From contig OZ024743.1 in assembly GCA_964016885.1 (NCBI GenBank), positions 314,216,001-314,280,000 on the forward strand: 64,000 nt of DNA. The letters run 5' to 3'. This document shows, piece by piece, positions 9,131 to 22,929 of this stretch. Made by a program: the position numbers and the translations under genes. The stretch's first letter is position 1, and each line of letters starts with the position of its first letter. The DNA is from Eledone cirrhosa. Lineage: Eukaryota. Below the pieces are notes generated by a model, which was not told the DNA's origin, did no database searches, and saw only the letters and a program-made list of their open reading frames with translations.

Positions 9131-12048
9131 CCTTGACCACCTTGACCGTCCATTCGGCGCTGCTGGTCACAGCACGCCGTCCACTCCTCTCTGGATCGTG
9201 CTTTTCTCATCCATGTAGTCCTAATCATATTCCTAAAATCGTAACTCCACCTTACTGGAGGCCTTCCGAGTGGTCGTTCCCGCTCGTGCGAGTACCACTC
9301 GGCAACTGATCGGGTCCGCCGATTACTGGGGACCGGGCGACGTGTCCAGCCCATCTGAACTTGCTGCGCATATATTCCGTAATGACGTCCCTCACGCTGC
9401 ACTTCTGCCTGATGACTTCGCTCCTGATGTGCTCTCTCAACGAGATTCCTAGCATTGATCTCTCCATGGCTCTTTGAGCCGTTACCACCTCTGCTCTTCT
9501 CTCTTCGTTGTAGCCCAAGTTTCACTGCCAAAAAACATTGCAGGTAAAACTGTGCTATTGAAGAGGTTCGCGCCGTGATCTTGTCCAACATCCGCTTGAG
9601 CACATCCCTTATGCCGTTGAACGCCTTCTATCCGGCTCTTACACTCCGCGAGATCTCCCTCTCAATGTCTCAGCGCATGTTCACTTCTTGTCCTAGGTAG
9701 ACATATTCCTCCACCTCCTCTATTTCATCACCGCTAACCACCATTCGACCTATTGGTACGTTGTCGGACCGCATGAACTTCGTTTTCATGCGGTTCATCT
9801 TGAGGCCTACTGCAGGTCTTTTGATGTCGAGCTACGTCAGCATGGTCTGAAGCTGATCCGTGGTTTCAGCGATGAGTACGATGTCATCAGCGAAACGGAG
9901 GTGGGTAAATATCTCGCCGTTGGTGTTGACACCTCCTTGCCAGTCAATGCTTCTGATGATCTGCTCGAGACACGCGGTGAAAAGTTTTGGCAAGATCGTA
10001 TCTCCTTGCTTCACTCCTTTCTCGCCCAGCACTCGTACGGGTGATGACAGCAAAGCTATGTCGGTGGTGCATCCGGAATTCGCCTCCTTGAGCAGTTGAA
10101 CGTATTGTGCCTCGACTCCTTGCCTCTGCAGCGAGTTCAGCACTGCATTGATTTCGACGCTGTCGAAGGCCTTCTCGTAGTCTACGAACGCGACGCAAAG
10201 CGGCATCTTGTACTCTTTCGCTCGCTCAAGCAGTTGTGTCAGAGTAAATATGTGGTCCATCGTGTTGTAGTTCTTCCGGAAGCCGGCTTGTTCTCTCGGT
10301 TGCTGTTCGTCCAGATGACGTGATACCCTGTTCAGGATTATCTTCGTGAACAGCTTGTACACGTGAGACAGCAGGCATATGGGTCGGTATTCTTCAGATC
10401 TTCTCTATCGTCTTCTTGTATAGCGAGATGGTATTCGACTCTTTCCACTGCGAGGTTATTCTTCCCTCTTCCAGATAGTGTGTGAATCGCTCGGCGAGGA
10501 TTTTCCAGAGCTGCTCTCCGCCTGACTTCAACACCTCCGATGTTATGCCGTCTTTCCCTGGCGCATTTCCGATTTTCATCAAGCCGACGGCTCTTTCGAC
10601 CTCAGTGACAAGGATGTGTGGCACATTTTCTTCCTGTTGGAGTGACGGCAACAGCTACACATTCCCGACAGACATGAAGAGCTCGATGTAGAAGTCTTCG
10701 CAAACCTTTTCCACCTCTCTCTTGTCGCTGACCAGTACTCCAGCTGTGTTCTTCAGGGTCGTCACCTCCGATCTATACATTGCCAGGTCACTCTCGCATT
10801 TGTTGAGGCTCTTCTTTTCCTCTGCGGCCTTCAGGAGCTTCTCCATCCGGTATGCCTCGAAGTCTCTCTTCGGTTGTTGACGTATCACTCTGCTGAGAAG
10901 GGAATATTCGAGGTGTCCACTTGATATTCTTCCTCTTCTCAAGCAACTTCATAGTTTACTCCGAGACTTTTCTCTTCCGATTTCTCGGGCACACACCCTT
11001 AGTCTTCCTCAAACACTCCTTCAATTTCCTTATCAGTGAGTAGTAGTCAGCGTCTATGCCGTCTCCTTGACGCCAGATTTCCTGTATGATGGCTTCCTGC
11101 AGTTGCGCCTCGTTGAAGACCCGGACACGTTCTCCCTTCGACGCCAAATGCAGCGCCTTCTTCTTCCTCGTCCGATCGATGACGACCTTCGCCCTTACCA
11201 GACGATGATCACTGCCAGAGTTGAATGGCGTTATGACGGAGACGTCCTGGAGTATGCGTCGCTTGTCGACTAGGATGTAGTCGATCTCGTTTCGGTGCTC
11301 AGAATTTTGCGATACCCAGGTTCATCTCTTCTCATTCTTCTTCTTCCAGAATAGGCTGTTTTCGATATAGAGCCGTCTCGCCTCCTAGACCGAATCTTCG
11401 ACATACTCTTCCCCTCTCCGTCCCTGTCCGACATTTGCGTTGAAGTCTCCCATCACGATGGTGTAAGTGGACTTCACAGCTAGCACTTTGTCTACCTGGC
11501 GATAGAATTCTTCCACCTCATCGTCATCGCTGGCACTTGTGGGAGCGTAGGTCTGGACGATCTTGTTGGTGGCCTTCCCTGAGAGGGTCACGTTGAGTAC
11601 ACCAATCCGTGATGATATGAACTGACAAGAAGCGACCTTCTAAACCCATACCTTGCTTACGATGAACCCTATACCTCCGATAGATCTGGCACCCTCTGCT
11701 TTCCCTAGTCTCACGGCGCATCCATCTTGCCATCGCGAACTCGCCTCCTTCTTCTGGCGGGTCTTGCACAGTCCTAACACGTCGCACCTGATTTTCTTCT
11801 TCTCCATTAGGTGGTTCAGTCCTTGCCCCCCTGCTAAAGAACTGCAGTTGTAGGTGCATATGGCAATGTTAGTCCTGTTCCATGGCAGCCTTTGGGAACA
11901 TGTGATTCTTAGCAGCCTCTCGTCGCTCGGGTTGCACTCCGCCTTCGTGAGTGGCCCGATTGACGCGCATGGTACTGAGGCCCTTTTCTTCGTGCTGTTT
12001 TAGCCATAAGATGACGCCATCCCACAAGCTGGGCGGGTAGGCCGGTAC
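9129..12048 (-). mobile_element. Near full-length RTE-clade LINE (AP endonuclease + RT), decayed by stops and frameshifts
   Basis: APE motifs QTYAPTSASDDDEVEEFY and MGDFNA; RT motifs EQAGFRK, AFVDYEKAFDSV, GVKQGD, LRFADD; C-terminal KFRWAGHVAR and RPLGRPPVRW; short tandem-repeat 3' tail (ggtcaa). Confidence 0.95.
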
Positions 12049-12228
12049 CTCTTCAGTTTAGCTAGCTTTTGAACTCTAGAAGATGATGAATTATCTGTAG
12101 GACGAATAGTCTGATAACTGTGTAGCATGGTAAAACCTGCCAGGCCATTGAGTCCCGCTAACATAGCTATCAGACAGCCAGGGTCACCGCTGCGCCACAT
12201 TTGAGGCACTGAAGTCGGATTTTGCAGA

Positions 12229-12278
<50 letters not shown>

Positions 12279-12760
12279 ATTTCAGATGATTTATTTAGTC
12301 GACTTTGGAATGTTGTACTTTCTACCATATATTGTAAGACCAAATATGTCCTGAATATCATCAGAACTTTAAAACGATTAGAGATTTGTCCGACATAATT
12401 AAAATACAATCGAGAATAATTTAGAACTGGAGTAATTAACGAAGACTATAAAATATGAATTATTGGTTGGAAATGGCCAACATCAAATAATTATATACAA
12501 AGATAATGATGTATCTCTTGATAATATCTGAATAGCTATATCATTAAAACATTAAAACATTAAAACATTATAGGTTTTCTGTATTTACTATTCGAAATAG
12601 TATATATATATATATATATATATTTCAAACAACTTATCCATAATTATCCGTTATATTAATTATTGATATATTATGTTCCAATTAATTAGTATTTCAATCC
12701 TTCTTGAAACCATGCTTATTATATGTCACTGTATTTCAATCTTAATCCCCCCACCTATAT

Positions 12761-12852
<92 letters not shown>

Positions 12853-12853
12853 G

Positions 12854-12935
12854 CAGGGTGTCTCCTAAAAATACAAGCAATATTTTATAGAATGCATAGC
12901 CTTTGTGTATACCTTTTTGTTTTGGGGGCACCCTG
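12854..12935. mobile_element. Tiny Tc1/mariner-type MITE remnant
   Basis: Imperfect TIRs cagggtgtctcctaaaa / ttttgggggcaccctg, followed by TA on the right. Confidence 0.55.
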
Positions 12936-13211
12936 TATATGAGTGTGTATGTGTTTCCGTGTCTGTGCTTGTATGTGTGTATGTATATAGGAGCAGTAGT
13001 AACATAGTAGATGTATGGGAACGCCAAACACTGGAGTATCAAGACTTTGCTCCGTCATCAATGACATTTACTTACTGGCTATTCAGATAACAATAAGTTC
13101 TAGCTAATCTGATGGAGAAGCTGATTTGCACATAGGACAAGCTTGTATGTTCAAGAAACTAGCTCAAACACAAACTTACAATCATAGCCTTATTCATAAT
13201 ATATATATATA

Positions 13212-16200
13212 CTAGCAGCTGAGCCCGGTTGCACTCGGCGCCACTTTTTATTAAGTTAATAATTTTGAAAAATATTATTGAAAGTTTATTATAAAGAAGC
13301 AATATCAGGGAAAAAATAGAAATATGCACTTGGGGCTGGACGGCGTACAATGAGAAGTGGAGCGACGTGAAAAGCATTGAGAGACGTTGAGTGGTGACGG
13401 AAGAGGAATGGCGGAAGCTTCAAAGGTGTTGTTACAGTGCTTCTTTGTAGACAACATTTCTGGTAAACCCGGATTACCACAAATGTAGAGATTGTGTAGA
13501 CAGCTGACGCCTGAGCACCCGAGGTATAGTTGACCTGCTGTGTCAGATTTAGGCCAACTACTTGCAGCGACTGTCCCTGTGCCTTGTTGATACTCATTGC
13601 AAAGCAGAGTTTTACGGGAAACTACCGTCTCGTAAAACCAAATGGGACGTCAGAGGGACTAAGGCTTATGGGGGATAATAACTTTGTCCCGCCAGCAGAC
13701 GGTCCGCTCAGAATTTTTGTCGTAAGAATTCGTGTCACAAATGTTGATGATCAGACGCGTCCCGTTGCATAGTTCTGGTGGTTCCACGTTTCTTAGCAGC
13801 ATAACTGGAACACCAACCTTCAGTCTAAGGTCATGAGGTGGAGGTCCGGGAGGTTGTTGACTGTTGAGGAACTCAATCGGATAGTTGACGGCGTTGTCCG
13901 CGTTTTTGTTGGTGTCAATTGACTTGAAGGAGACTTCACCTCCTGGAATATGATCAAGCAGGTGTTGATTCATTGCGTCAACGGTGGCATTATGTGTTGC
14001 TAAAATAGCTCTCCCTTGCAGCCAGTTGTGATCAAGGAAGCGTGCTTCGGGGTCTGGGAAAACAGATTACATTAATTCCTCTATGCTTGATACAAAGTTT
14101 CCAAACGGCAGACGGATGTGCCGTTCATTGATTCCAGGTGTAGTTCCATTACCAACTTCCAGTAGCTGTTTTGAGAAATCCTCAGATTCCTATGTCGCCA
14201 TGCACATGCACTCTCATGTTAGTAGTCAGGTTTAATTTCTGGACATACTGCCATAAGTAGGAAGACTTGATGCATGCGTTAATTTCGTCAGCTCTAGTGC
14301 CTCTAGTGATTACAGGTAGAGTGCCGAAAATCGCCAGTCATCAGTACTGTCGCTACAACCATTACGTGAGAATTTCGACGCAAGTCCTTGAGATTTCGGT
14401 CTAGAGCCTCAAACGCTGCCTTGTGACTCATTGTAGCCTCGTCCCAAATTAAACAGCACTCAGAAAGAAGGTATCCTTTAGAGTCTCCACGATTTATTCT
14501 GCAGGTAGGATTCTCCTGATTTGCAAGGTCCATAGGCAATTGGAATGCGGAGTGTGCCGTGCGACCGCCATGTAACAGTGCCGCGGCAATACCACTTGAG
14601 GCGACTGCTAAAGCAATCTTCTTGTCTTTCCACAGCTTCGCAAGCAGTAGGTTTATGAGAAGGGTTTTCCTGTTCCGCCTGGAGCATCCAAGAAGAATAG
14701 CCGTCCCTCATTTGAAATGACACTGGCAAGAATGCTGTCATACGCCCGTCTCTGCTCGGGCAAATGTCTGGGTTCATCTTGAGCAACATTATCTGTCATG
14801 TTGTAATTCAACTCAAGCATGAACTCCACATCTAAAGCACCGTTTTTATGTACAGGTTGTGGCAAACCGAATTCTAATACACCGCCAACTCCAACTGATC
14901 TTAGACGTTTATCCATGTCAATGAGGGCCTCATTGTATACATTGGCGTTGTAATGAAAGTCAGCCGCTGGTGCCCTGTTCGTACTCTACGCAGGATGTCC
15001 TCTGACATGATGTCCTTATGCGTTTCCCATAGCTTAAGTGGCTCACCGACATTTCAGAACAGTAACATATTGCAAAACATACGACGCATTTTCGTAGCAT
15101 TTTACATTCAGCAGCTTCTGTCAATGCCATATTCAGGTAGTCATCGTCCTCGAGTAGCCCGCGCTTCACGCAAGCCTCCCTGTAAGTGGAACACATGTAG
15201 CCATCTGAAAGTCTGAGGTCTGCAAATGACTTGGGTCCTTTGATTCGATGGAGCAGCATTCTAAAAAAATATGCATTCCTGTTGCTTCGGATGAACGTTG
15301 TACACACGTCCAATGGCATTACTTTTGAATACACCTGTCCAATTCTCAACTGCCTCCCCCTGTCGCCGCCGATGCCAATTATTGTTCGACCAAGTGAAGT
15401 AGGTTGGTACCTCGACGTTAAAGAGGGTAAGTGCAAACTCATCGACAGCGCAATGCTTAAAAAATGCTGTAAGAGTGGTCTCTGGTGGCTGTTGTGCAGC
15501 AAGTATGGCGTTTTCCTCCCTGAAATAAACACGCTGTCCATTCTGTAAGTGAACATCCAAGTTAACAACTGTAGGAGAGCACTTGTGAATCTCAAGTCCA
15601 AAAATACGCCAAGCCGCCATATTGGACGAAATGAACCTTCCAATCACGTATTGATTAATTTCGTCTGTCGGTTGCACGAGGCTCACCACCGCCATGTCGC
15701 CGCTTTTGTTGATGTATTTGAAAATGTATTTAATGCTTTTGACAGATGTCCAGCACTCCACGTTGATGTGAACATTGAAAATTTTAGCAAGCAAAGGGCT
15801 TTAAGGCACTACCTAGCTGTTGGTAGCCTCGTATCTTATCCCATCCCTCGTAACCATAGCTGTATGGCCGCCAAAATCAGGAGCAAGCCAACGGTAGATG
15901 GGGTAGCCGTCAACCCCAGTGCACGTTTCCCTCGAGAAGGCCCTAGAGTAGTGATTGGTGCACTTGTTGCCCTCCATACACGATTTTGTTGCTCTTGTGG
16001 GCACCACAGGGTCCATGTATCATATTAGCAAGAATGATGCTGTGAAGCTGCGAGTCAATATCGGGATCGGGCAACTCTGCACATATAACTCGATCAATGT
16101 CCGCAGGTCTGATTTGTTCTTTGCACCAAATGAGAATATGTGCGTATGGAAGACGCCGCTTCTGCCATTCCACAGTATACATCCAAACATTGAGTGGTCC

Positions 16201-19200
16201 GAAAATGTTCTTGTCTTTCAGCAAGGATATCAGTTTTTTCAACTTACCGTGGAAATCTCTGGCTGTAATATCATGCCTGTCACTCGTCTGCTGGCGCGCG
16301 AATAAATTGTCCTTAATTTCCACCCAATTTGGATTACATGTGAAGGTAATAAAAAGATCTGGCCGCCCAAAGTTACGGATATACGCCATCGTGTCCTGTG
16401 TCCGTGTATGCATGTACCAGGGTGAGCCAGTGAAGCTTGAAGGAAGGATCACTCGATGTCCAATGCTGGTTGCGTTACCGTCACGCTGCAAAGCATCCCG
16501 AAGATGAGCGTAATCAACCGCTCTTAGTTCGGTCTGATGGGTACGTATGTACAAAAGACGTTCCACTTCAATCTTGGCGTACATATCAACCAAGAACTGG
16601 TTTGTCACCTCCTTGAACCTAAATAGTTGGTTGAATTGACCGTCTCTGACCATAAGTCTGTATGAATATAAGTCCATACTGGAAACGTTTTTTGGCAAAG
16701 GATTAAGACTTCTCGGGTTAACTTGATGTATCTGCAAGTAGTATCCATCCTCGCCGTAGGGAAACAGCAGGGGGTATTGCAAACAATCATAGGACCGATG
16801 GGTTTCCGTCACGAACGTCAGTGTGTTATCGCGGTGCTGAATGATGATGTCACGTTTGCCATGAATTTCATCAACCATGATCGCTGCTACCTCATTGGTA
16901 GTTGGAGCGTTGAAACGTTCAGGATGCTCACCAGCAGGAGGTCTGTTAACTCTGATGACCCATTTCATCTCAGGTCTTGAGTCCAAAAGATCCAAAGCAC
17001 TCTTCTGTTCGCGGACGTACGGATGGGTTGCGTGGAGCATGGCTTGAATTTCCGCAATAATGTTTCGGTCACTAAGAGAATTATTCCTGCATCTGTGGGA
17101 AAGCTCCTCATCACTCCCGCCCATGAAGAATACCTGCAAGAATTTTGATTCCTCTCCTTGTTGTGGTCGACGGCTTCCCATTAGATGGTAACACTGCCCT
17201 TGAATTTTGTAGGTGTAGAGTTTTTCTCTCAGTCTTGTGTCATTGTTTCGAGAAGTACTGGCGACAGGAGTGTCGTCAGTGCTTGTTCTTCTATTTCTGC
17301 TATCCCTTACACCGAAAGATGTCATAGCGAAGCAAGCATTGTACCTCCAAATGTTGTTGCGAAAGTGCACTCCGTGGGTAGAGTTATCGATGAGAAGATA
17401 TTGGAGAAAATGAGGAGGATCAGCCAACGCCGGAAGTCGAATCTTGCCCCAGGGACAGCAATGACCTGGAACCTCACCCACCCACTTCTTAGCCTCACAG
17501 AACTGACATACCTTATCCATTTTTCCAAGAGTCATATCCGTGCGAATGGCGTAGTCATAAGCAGGATTGTAGTTGAAACCAGCTTTTGACCAAAAGGTGT
17601 CCCTTGTAGTAGCAGCATGTTCCTGACGTCTACGCCGTCTCGATGCCTGTCTTCCCTTGCCTCCGCTGTTTCGTTGAGAAGTGATTGTTGCCGTCGAGTG
17701 CGCAGGTCCTGTAAACGGGCCCCCCTGGCCTCCGCAGTCTCGTTGAGAAATAATTGTTGACGTCGAGTGCGGCGATAAGCAAGGTGGGCCCCCCTTACCT
17801 CTGAATTTTCCGCCAAACGTGAGCGTTGTGGTTTAATGAGCTGAGAAGAAAGACGGGACTCCCTTGCCTCTGAAGTCTCTTCCAGAATTGTGCTTTGGTG
17901 CCGATGGCCCTGCTCATAAGGAGAAGTTGCCTAAATGGGTAAAAAAAAACCAACATGGATGTGATCTAATAGCTGTGTGTGGGCATCTTATTCAACATTA
18001 TAATGGAAAAACAATATTAAAAGAAGACATGAAGGTGAATTAGCCATCGAAATAGTTATAAAAGGATAATAGCAATAACTGTAAATGTAGAAGGTGATAG
18101 TTTAATTAACAGTGAAATAGCAATGTCGATGATATGCAAGTTAAAAATGCAGATTATGAAGGTTTGTATGATAGTTTACACTTTGATTGCCCTGGTCAGA
18201 AAGAAGTGCCTCTATATATTAGACGTTTATTAGAAGAGGGGGAAATAACTAATCCCAGTATTAGAACAGGGCGTTCGCAATGTAAGGGTGTTATTTCTTT
18301 TCTTAGAAAACAGTGACCTTTTTCGCTTTGGCACTTCGTAAAATTCTACTGAAGAATCGATTTCATAAAACGGTACTGTATGATCGTTATAGAAGTATTT
18401 CAATTTAATATAGAGCAACTGTAATTGAAAAATGAAAATGAAACGTACTGTAGAAGGCAACAGTTTATTAACAGCGAAATAACGTTGTCTTTGATATGTT
18501 ATTTTAAATAAGACAATTAATTCAGTTTTTTTTTTAATATTCATTAACTCGGCAACCAAAGGGCTTATAGATCCATTCATTAAGTTTACAATGAATATTG
18601 AAAAAAAACTGAATTAATTAATTCGGCAACCAAACGGCTTATAGATCCCATTCATTAAGTTTACATGCATGTATTCTTTAAACTTTCCATTTGACTTTGA
18701 AAAATACTACATACTGTTAGTGGTGGTTAACATGTATTAGAATTAAAATAAAAATGATATCGGAAAAAACGTACCTGAGAACACGCCTCCCTTCTTCGCA
18801 ATTTAAGGCTTTTATTTCTTTTGATGGAAAACAGTGACCGTTTTCGGTTTGGCATTTCGTAAAATGGTACTGCAGAATCGATTTCATAAAACGGTACTGT
18901 ATGTTAACAGCGAAAGAACGTTGTGTTTGATATGTTATGAAAAAATTGATGAATTTAAAAATGTGTATGAAATTGTAAATAAGACAATGACTATTGAAAG
19001 CGACTACGGAAAATAACTCATCCAAACAGGGGGAAATAACTCACCGAAAGCGATAGTAAATAGACCGTTTTGAGGACCTAGGGACCACACTTTTCAAGTT
19101 AGACATTTGAAACAGCGTCGATTTGCTTCCTTGGCACATTTTACATAGGTGTGTACATTTTCATGTCCGTCCGACCACGTCTACTACCATTTAACCGTAC

Positions 19201-19245
19201 GCAACTGAATTTCAACCACCACCCATTTCATAAATATATATAAGA
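13212..19245 (-). mobile_element. Full-length (about 6.0 kb) decayed Helitron
   Basis: Minus strand A|TCTTATATATATT 5' end at 19245; 3' imperfect hairpin ccgagtgcaaccggg then CTAG|T at 13215-13211; RepHel ORF fragments between. The 5' end call is less certain than the 3' end. Confidence 0.88.
13470..17900 (-). pseudogene. Helitron RepHel (HUH Rep + PIF1-like SF1 helicase), multiple frameshifts
   Basis: ETAEAR repeats, Cys cluster, FTGSPWYM, PDLFITFTCNP, VEWQKRRLPYAHILIW, IKYIFKYINK, DAPGGTGK, IWDEATM, LCNGTRL, MSINKAQGQSL. Confidence 0.95.
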
Positions 19246-19262
19246 TAAAACAAACGTTGTAT

Positions 19263-19317
19263 TTTATCTGATGAGGGCGTACCAAAGTTTTGGTACCCTT
19301 GAAATATATATAATACA
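19263..19317 (+). ncRNA. Type I hammerhead ribozyme motif next to the Helitron 5' end
   Basis: tttat-CTGATGA-gggcgtacca-aagttt-tggtaccctt-GAAAT-ATAT-ATA-ataca. Confidence 0.72.
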
Positions 19318-19466
19318 ATAAATATAGTTTTATAAATATAGTTTCCATTTATTAATATCATCGATATTATACTCCAGAATTCTGTCGAGTGCTCTGAATC
19401 AGTTATAGATATATACATTTGTTGAATTACCAACAAATTAAATATCCCTTTTGCTTATATATAAGA

Positions 19467-19583
<117 letters not shown>

Positions 19584-19586
19584 TCC

Positions 19587-19630
<44 letters not shown>

Positions 19631-20074
19631 GAAGTGAGAGATAGATAGAGATAGAGAAAGAGATAGATAGATAGATAGAGTGAGAGATCTTATTCATCGT
19701 ATACATATCTCCTCAACTTAATAGGTATAGCAATTGTCATGAAAAATCAACAAAATAGATACCAACAAAATAATAATCGTGACATCAATAATGATCATGA
19801 AAGTATCAACAGGTTTTTAAACCAGATGGGAAATTCAGTCGTTTTTCTTATTGCTTATTATAATATATGTTTACAATGTTCATAACGAAATATCAATGTC
19901 AGCATTGAAAATATTATTAACAGATGATTGTTTCACTGCGCTTGAGCTGTGCATCTTAGTGAGGTGGAGAGAGCCCTTTGCTGACCCAAATAATACGGTC
20001 ACAATAATATATTCTGGTATATATGAGGTGGTTCTCTTGGCGAAGACTAACCTCCCGGATGCTGAGGTCCCCTG

Positions 20075-21750
20075 AGAAATTAATGTGCTGAAATGTGTCA
20101 AGACGTCTGTGGAGGATAAAATTCGGCTCGCGATGATAAAAGCATTAAATAGAGAAGGTATTATGTGGCTGACTATTGTGGACTGGATGGCTTCCATACC
20201 TGGAAAGGCACCTAATAGAGAAGGTATTATGTGGCTGACTATTGTGAACTGGATGGCTTCGATACCTGGAAAGGCACCTAATAGAGAAGGTATTATGTGG
20301 CTGACTATTGTGAACTGGATGGCTTCCATACCTGGAAAGGCACCTAATAGAGAAGGTATTATGTGGCTGACTATTGTGGACTGGATGGCTTCGATACCTG
20401 GAAAGTCACCTAATAGAGAAGGTATTATGTGGCTGACTATTGTGAACTGGATGGCTTCCATACCTGGAAAGGCACCTAATAGAGAAGGTATTATGTGGCT
20501 GACTATTGTGAACTGGATGGCTTCCATACCTGGAAAGGCACCTAATAGAGAAGGTATTATGTGGCTGACTATTGTGAACTGGATGGCTTCCATACCTGGA
20601 AAGGCACCTAATAGAGAAGGTATTATGTGGCTGACTATTGCGAACTGGATGGCTTCCATACCTGGAAAGGCACCTAATAGAGAAGGTATTATGTGGCTGA
20701 CTATTGTGAACTGGATGGCTTCGATACCTGGAAAGGCACCTAATAGAGAAGGTATTATGTGGCTGACTATTGTGGACTGGATGGCTTCGATACCTGAAAA
20801 GGCACCTAATAGAGAAGGTATTATGTGGCTGACTATTGTGAACTGGATGGCTTCGATACCTGGAAAGGCACCTAATAGAGAAGGTATTATGTGGCTGACT
20901 ATTGTGAACTGGATGGCTTCGATACCTGGAAAGGCACCTAATAGAGAAGGTATTATGTGGCTGACTATTGTGAACTGGATGGCTTCGATACCTGGAAAGG
21001 CACCTAATAGAGAAGGTATTATGTGGCTGACTATTGTGAACTGGATGGCTTCGATACCTGGAAAGGCACCTAATAGAGAAGGTATTATGTGGCTGACTAT
21101 TGCGAACTGGATGGCTTCCATACCTGGAAAGGCACCTAATAGAGAAGGTATTATGTGGCTGACTATTGTGAACTGGATGGCTTCGATACCTGGAAAGGCA
21201 CCTAATAGAGAAGGTATTATGTGGCTGACTATTGTGGACTGGATGGCTTCGATACCTGGAAAGGCACCTAATAGAGAAGGTATTATGTGGCTGACTATTG
21301 TGAACTGGATGGCTTCGATACCTGGAAAGGCACCTAATAGAGAAGGTATTATGTGGCTGACTATTGTGGACTGGATGGCTTCGATACCTGGAAAGGCACC
21401 TAATAGAGAAGGTATTATGTGGCTGACTATTGTGAACTGGATGGCTTCGATACCTGGAAAGGCACCTAAGCAATTGCAATCAGGAATGATTCTTCCAATT
21501 TTCAAAAAGAGAGACAAGAGGGATAGATCCACTTGTAGAGGAATCTCCTTGTTAAGCTTGCCAGGTAAAGTCTAAGAGATGTAGCGATATTGTCGAGTTC
21601 AAGCTTGCTGACGAACATTGTGGTTTTCGAACCAGTCGTAGCACCGCCGACTTATTAATCACATTGTGGCAGATAATTGAGAGATCATAAGATTATTGCC
21701 AAGTATACTTGTTTCGTAGAACTCGAAAAGACATACAACCGCGTGGCACA
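20075..21750 (+). pseudogene. RTE (Expander/Rex3-like) RT fragment interrupted by an internal minisatellite
   Basis: EDKIRLAMIKALNREGIMWLT...GKAPKQLQSGMILPIFKK..RGISLLSLPGKV is the pre-RT region; decayed EHCGFR and CFVELEKTYNRV motifs follow. Confidence 0.85.
20148..21467. repeat. 66-bp minisatellite, 20 copies
   Basis: Unit aatagagaaggtattatgtggctgactattgtgaactggatggcttcgatacctggaaaggcacct with a few recurring variants. Confidence 0.97.
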
Positions 21751-22766
21751 TGAGAATGAGGACGATGGATAGGTTTTTGGCGCATTGAAACGCTTTATTT
21801 GTATGCTTATACTTAGATGTATTGCTTATAAATTTATAGAAGCTTCTACTTTGAATACTCGTCTGTTAGTATTATAGATAATTAGTTGTAAAGGAATATA
21901 TCATTATGAAAACGGATGAACATTTCTCTCCTCCATATATTGCCTGAATATTTATACACATAGAGGCGATTAAAAATAATTATATAAAGGCGTGCGAGAT
22001 AATGATTGGGTTCGATTCCTGACCTGTGTGGTTTGTTTTATTTTGGTGACCTACACCTTTAACAAATTGGACATCCTCATTTGAGATACAACCTCATAGA
22101 TGTTAGCTCTTTCTTTTTATATATAAACAATTTTGGGGTATAAGAAATAATGTAGATGAACCTGAATAGCCTCCTATCTATAATGCAAACGTATATTTGT
22201 GTGTAAAACGACACCCAGGGCTCGTCGTATTTTAGGCCCTGCATTTTATATATGCAAATATAGATTTTCCTTCGTTAAAACATGACAGAGTACGTTTCTG
22301 TTTGTTTGAACATGGTATAATGATTGTTTTTATTAGTTATAACCATATTGCGTTTTCTGCAAATACAGCCACTACGTATATGTGTCTGACACACACACAA
22401 ATAGACACTCACACACACAAATAGAAAAACACATGATTCTATTAATCTATATATTTCCTCTCCATCGATTCTTCTTCTCTCTCTCTCTCTCTCTCTCTCG
22501 CTCTCCCTGTATATGTATAACTACATATATATATTTATATACTAAGATACAATCATGTTTACATACATGGTATTAAAGAAAATCTCAAAGTAATATGTAC
22601 AGGCACACACAAATATATATTCACTCACGCAAACATACACACACACACTGACAGAAGCACATGTATGTATAGGTTATCTATATAGATATATATACCATGT
22701 AAATAATATACGTGTATAATATAAATATACACACATACATACGGGCGTACATACAAGCGTAGTATA

Positions 22767-22813
<47 letters not shown>

Positions 22814-22929
22814 AAATGAAGGTTTTTTTAAATGAAAATATAAACGAGATGTCCTTCACGAGTGAAAGTCTAAGGAAAAAAGATGAAATCAAAAATGCAA
22901 CTGGAGTCTTATTTTAAAAAAATATATAT

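Noticed and set aside
11990-12048. HDV-like ribozyme at the RTE 5' end
   Set aside because: Could not assign P1, P2, P3 and P1.1 by eye; needs a descriptor search
15943-17535. 530-aa ORF as an intact host gene
   Set aside because: It is one segment of a frameshifted Helitron RepHel
20148-21467. CRISPR array or genuine repeat-protein gene
   Set aside because: No unique spacers; units are contiguous and derive from an RTE RT fragment with a stop right after
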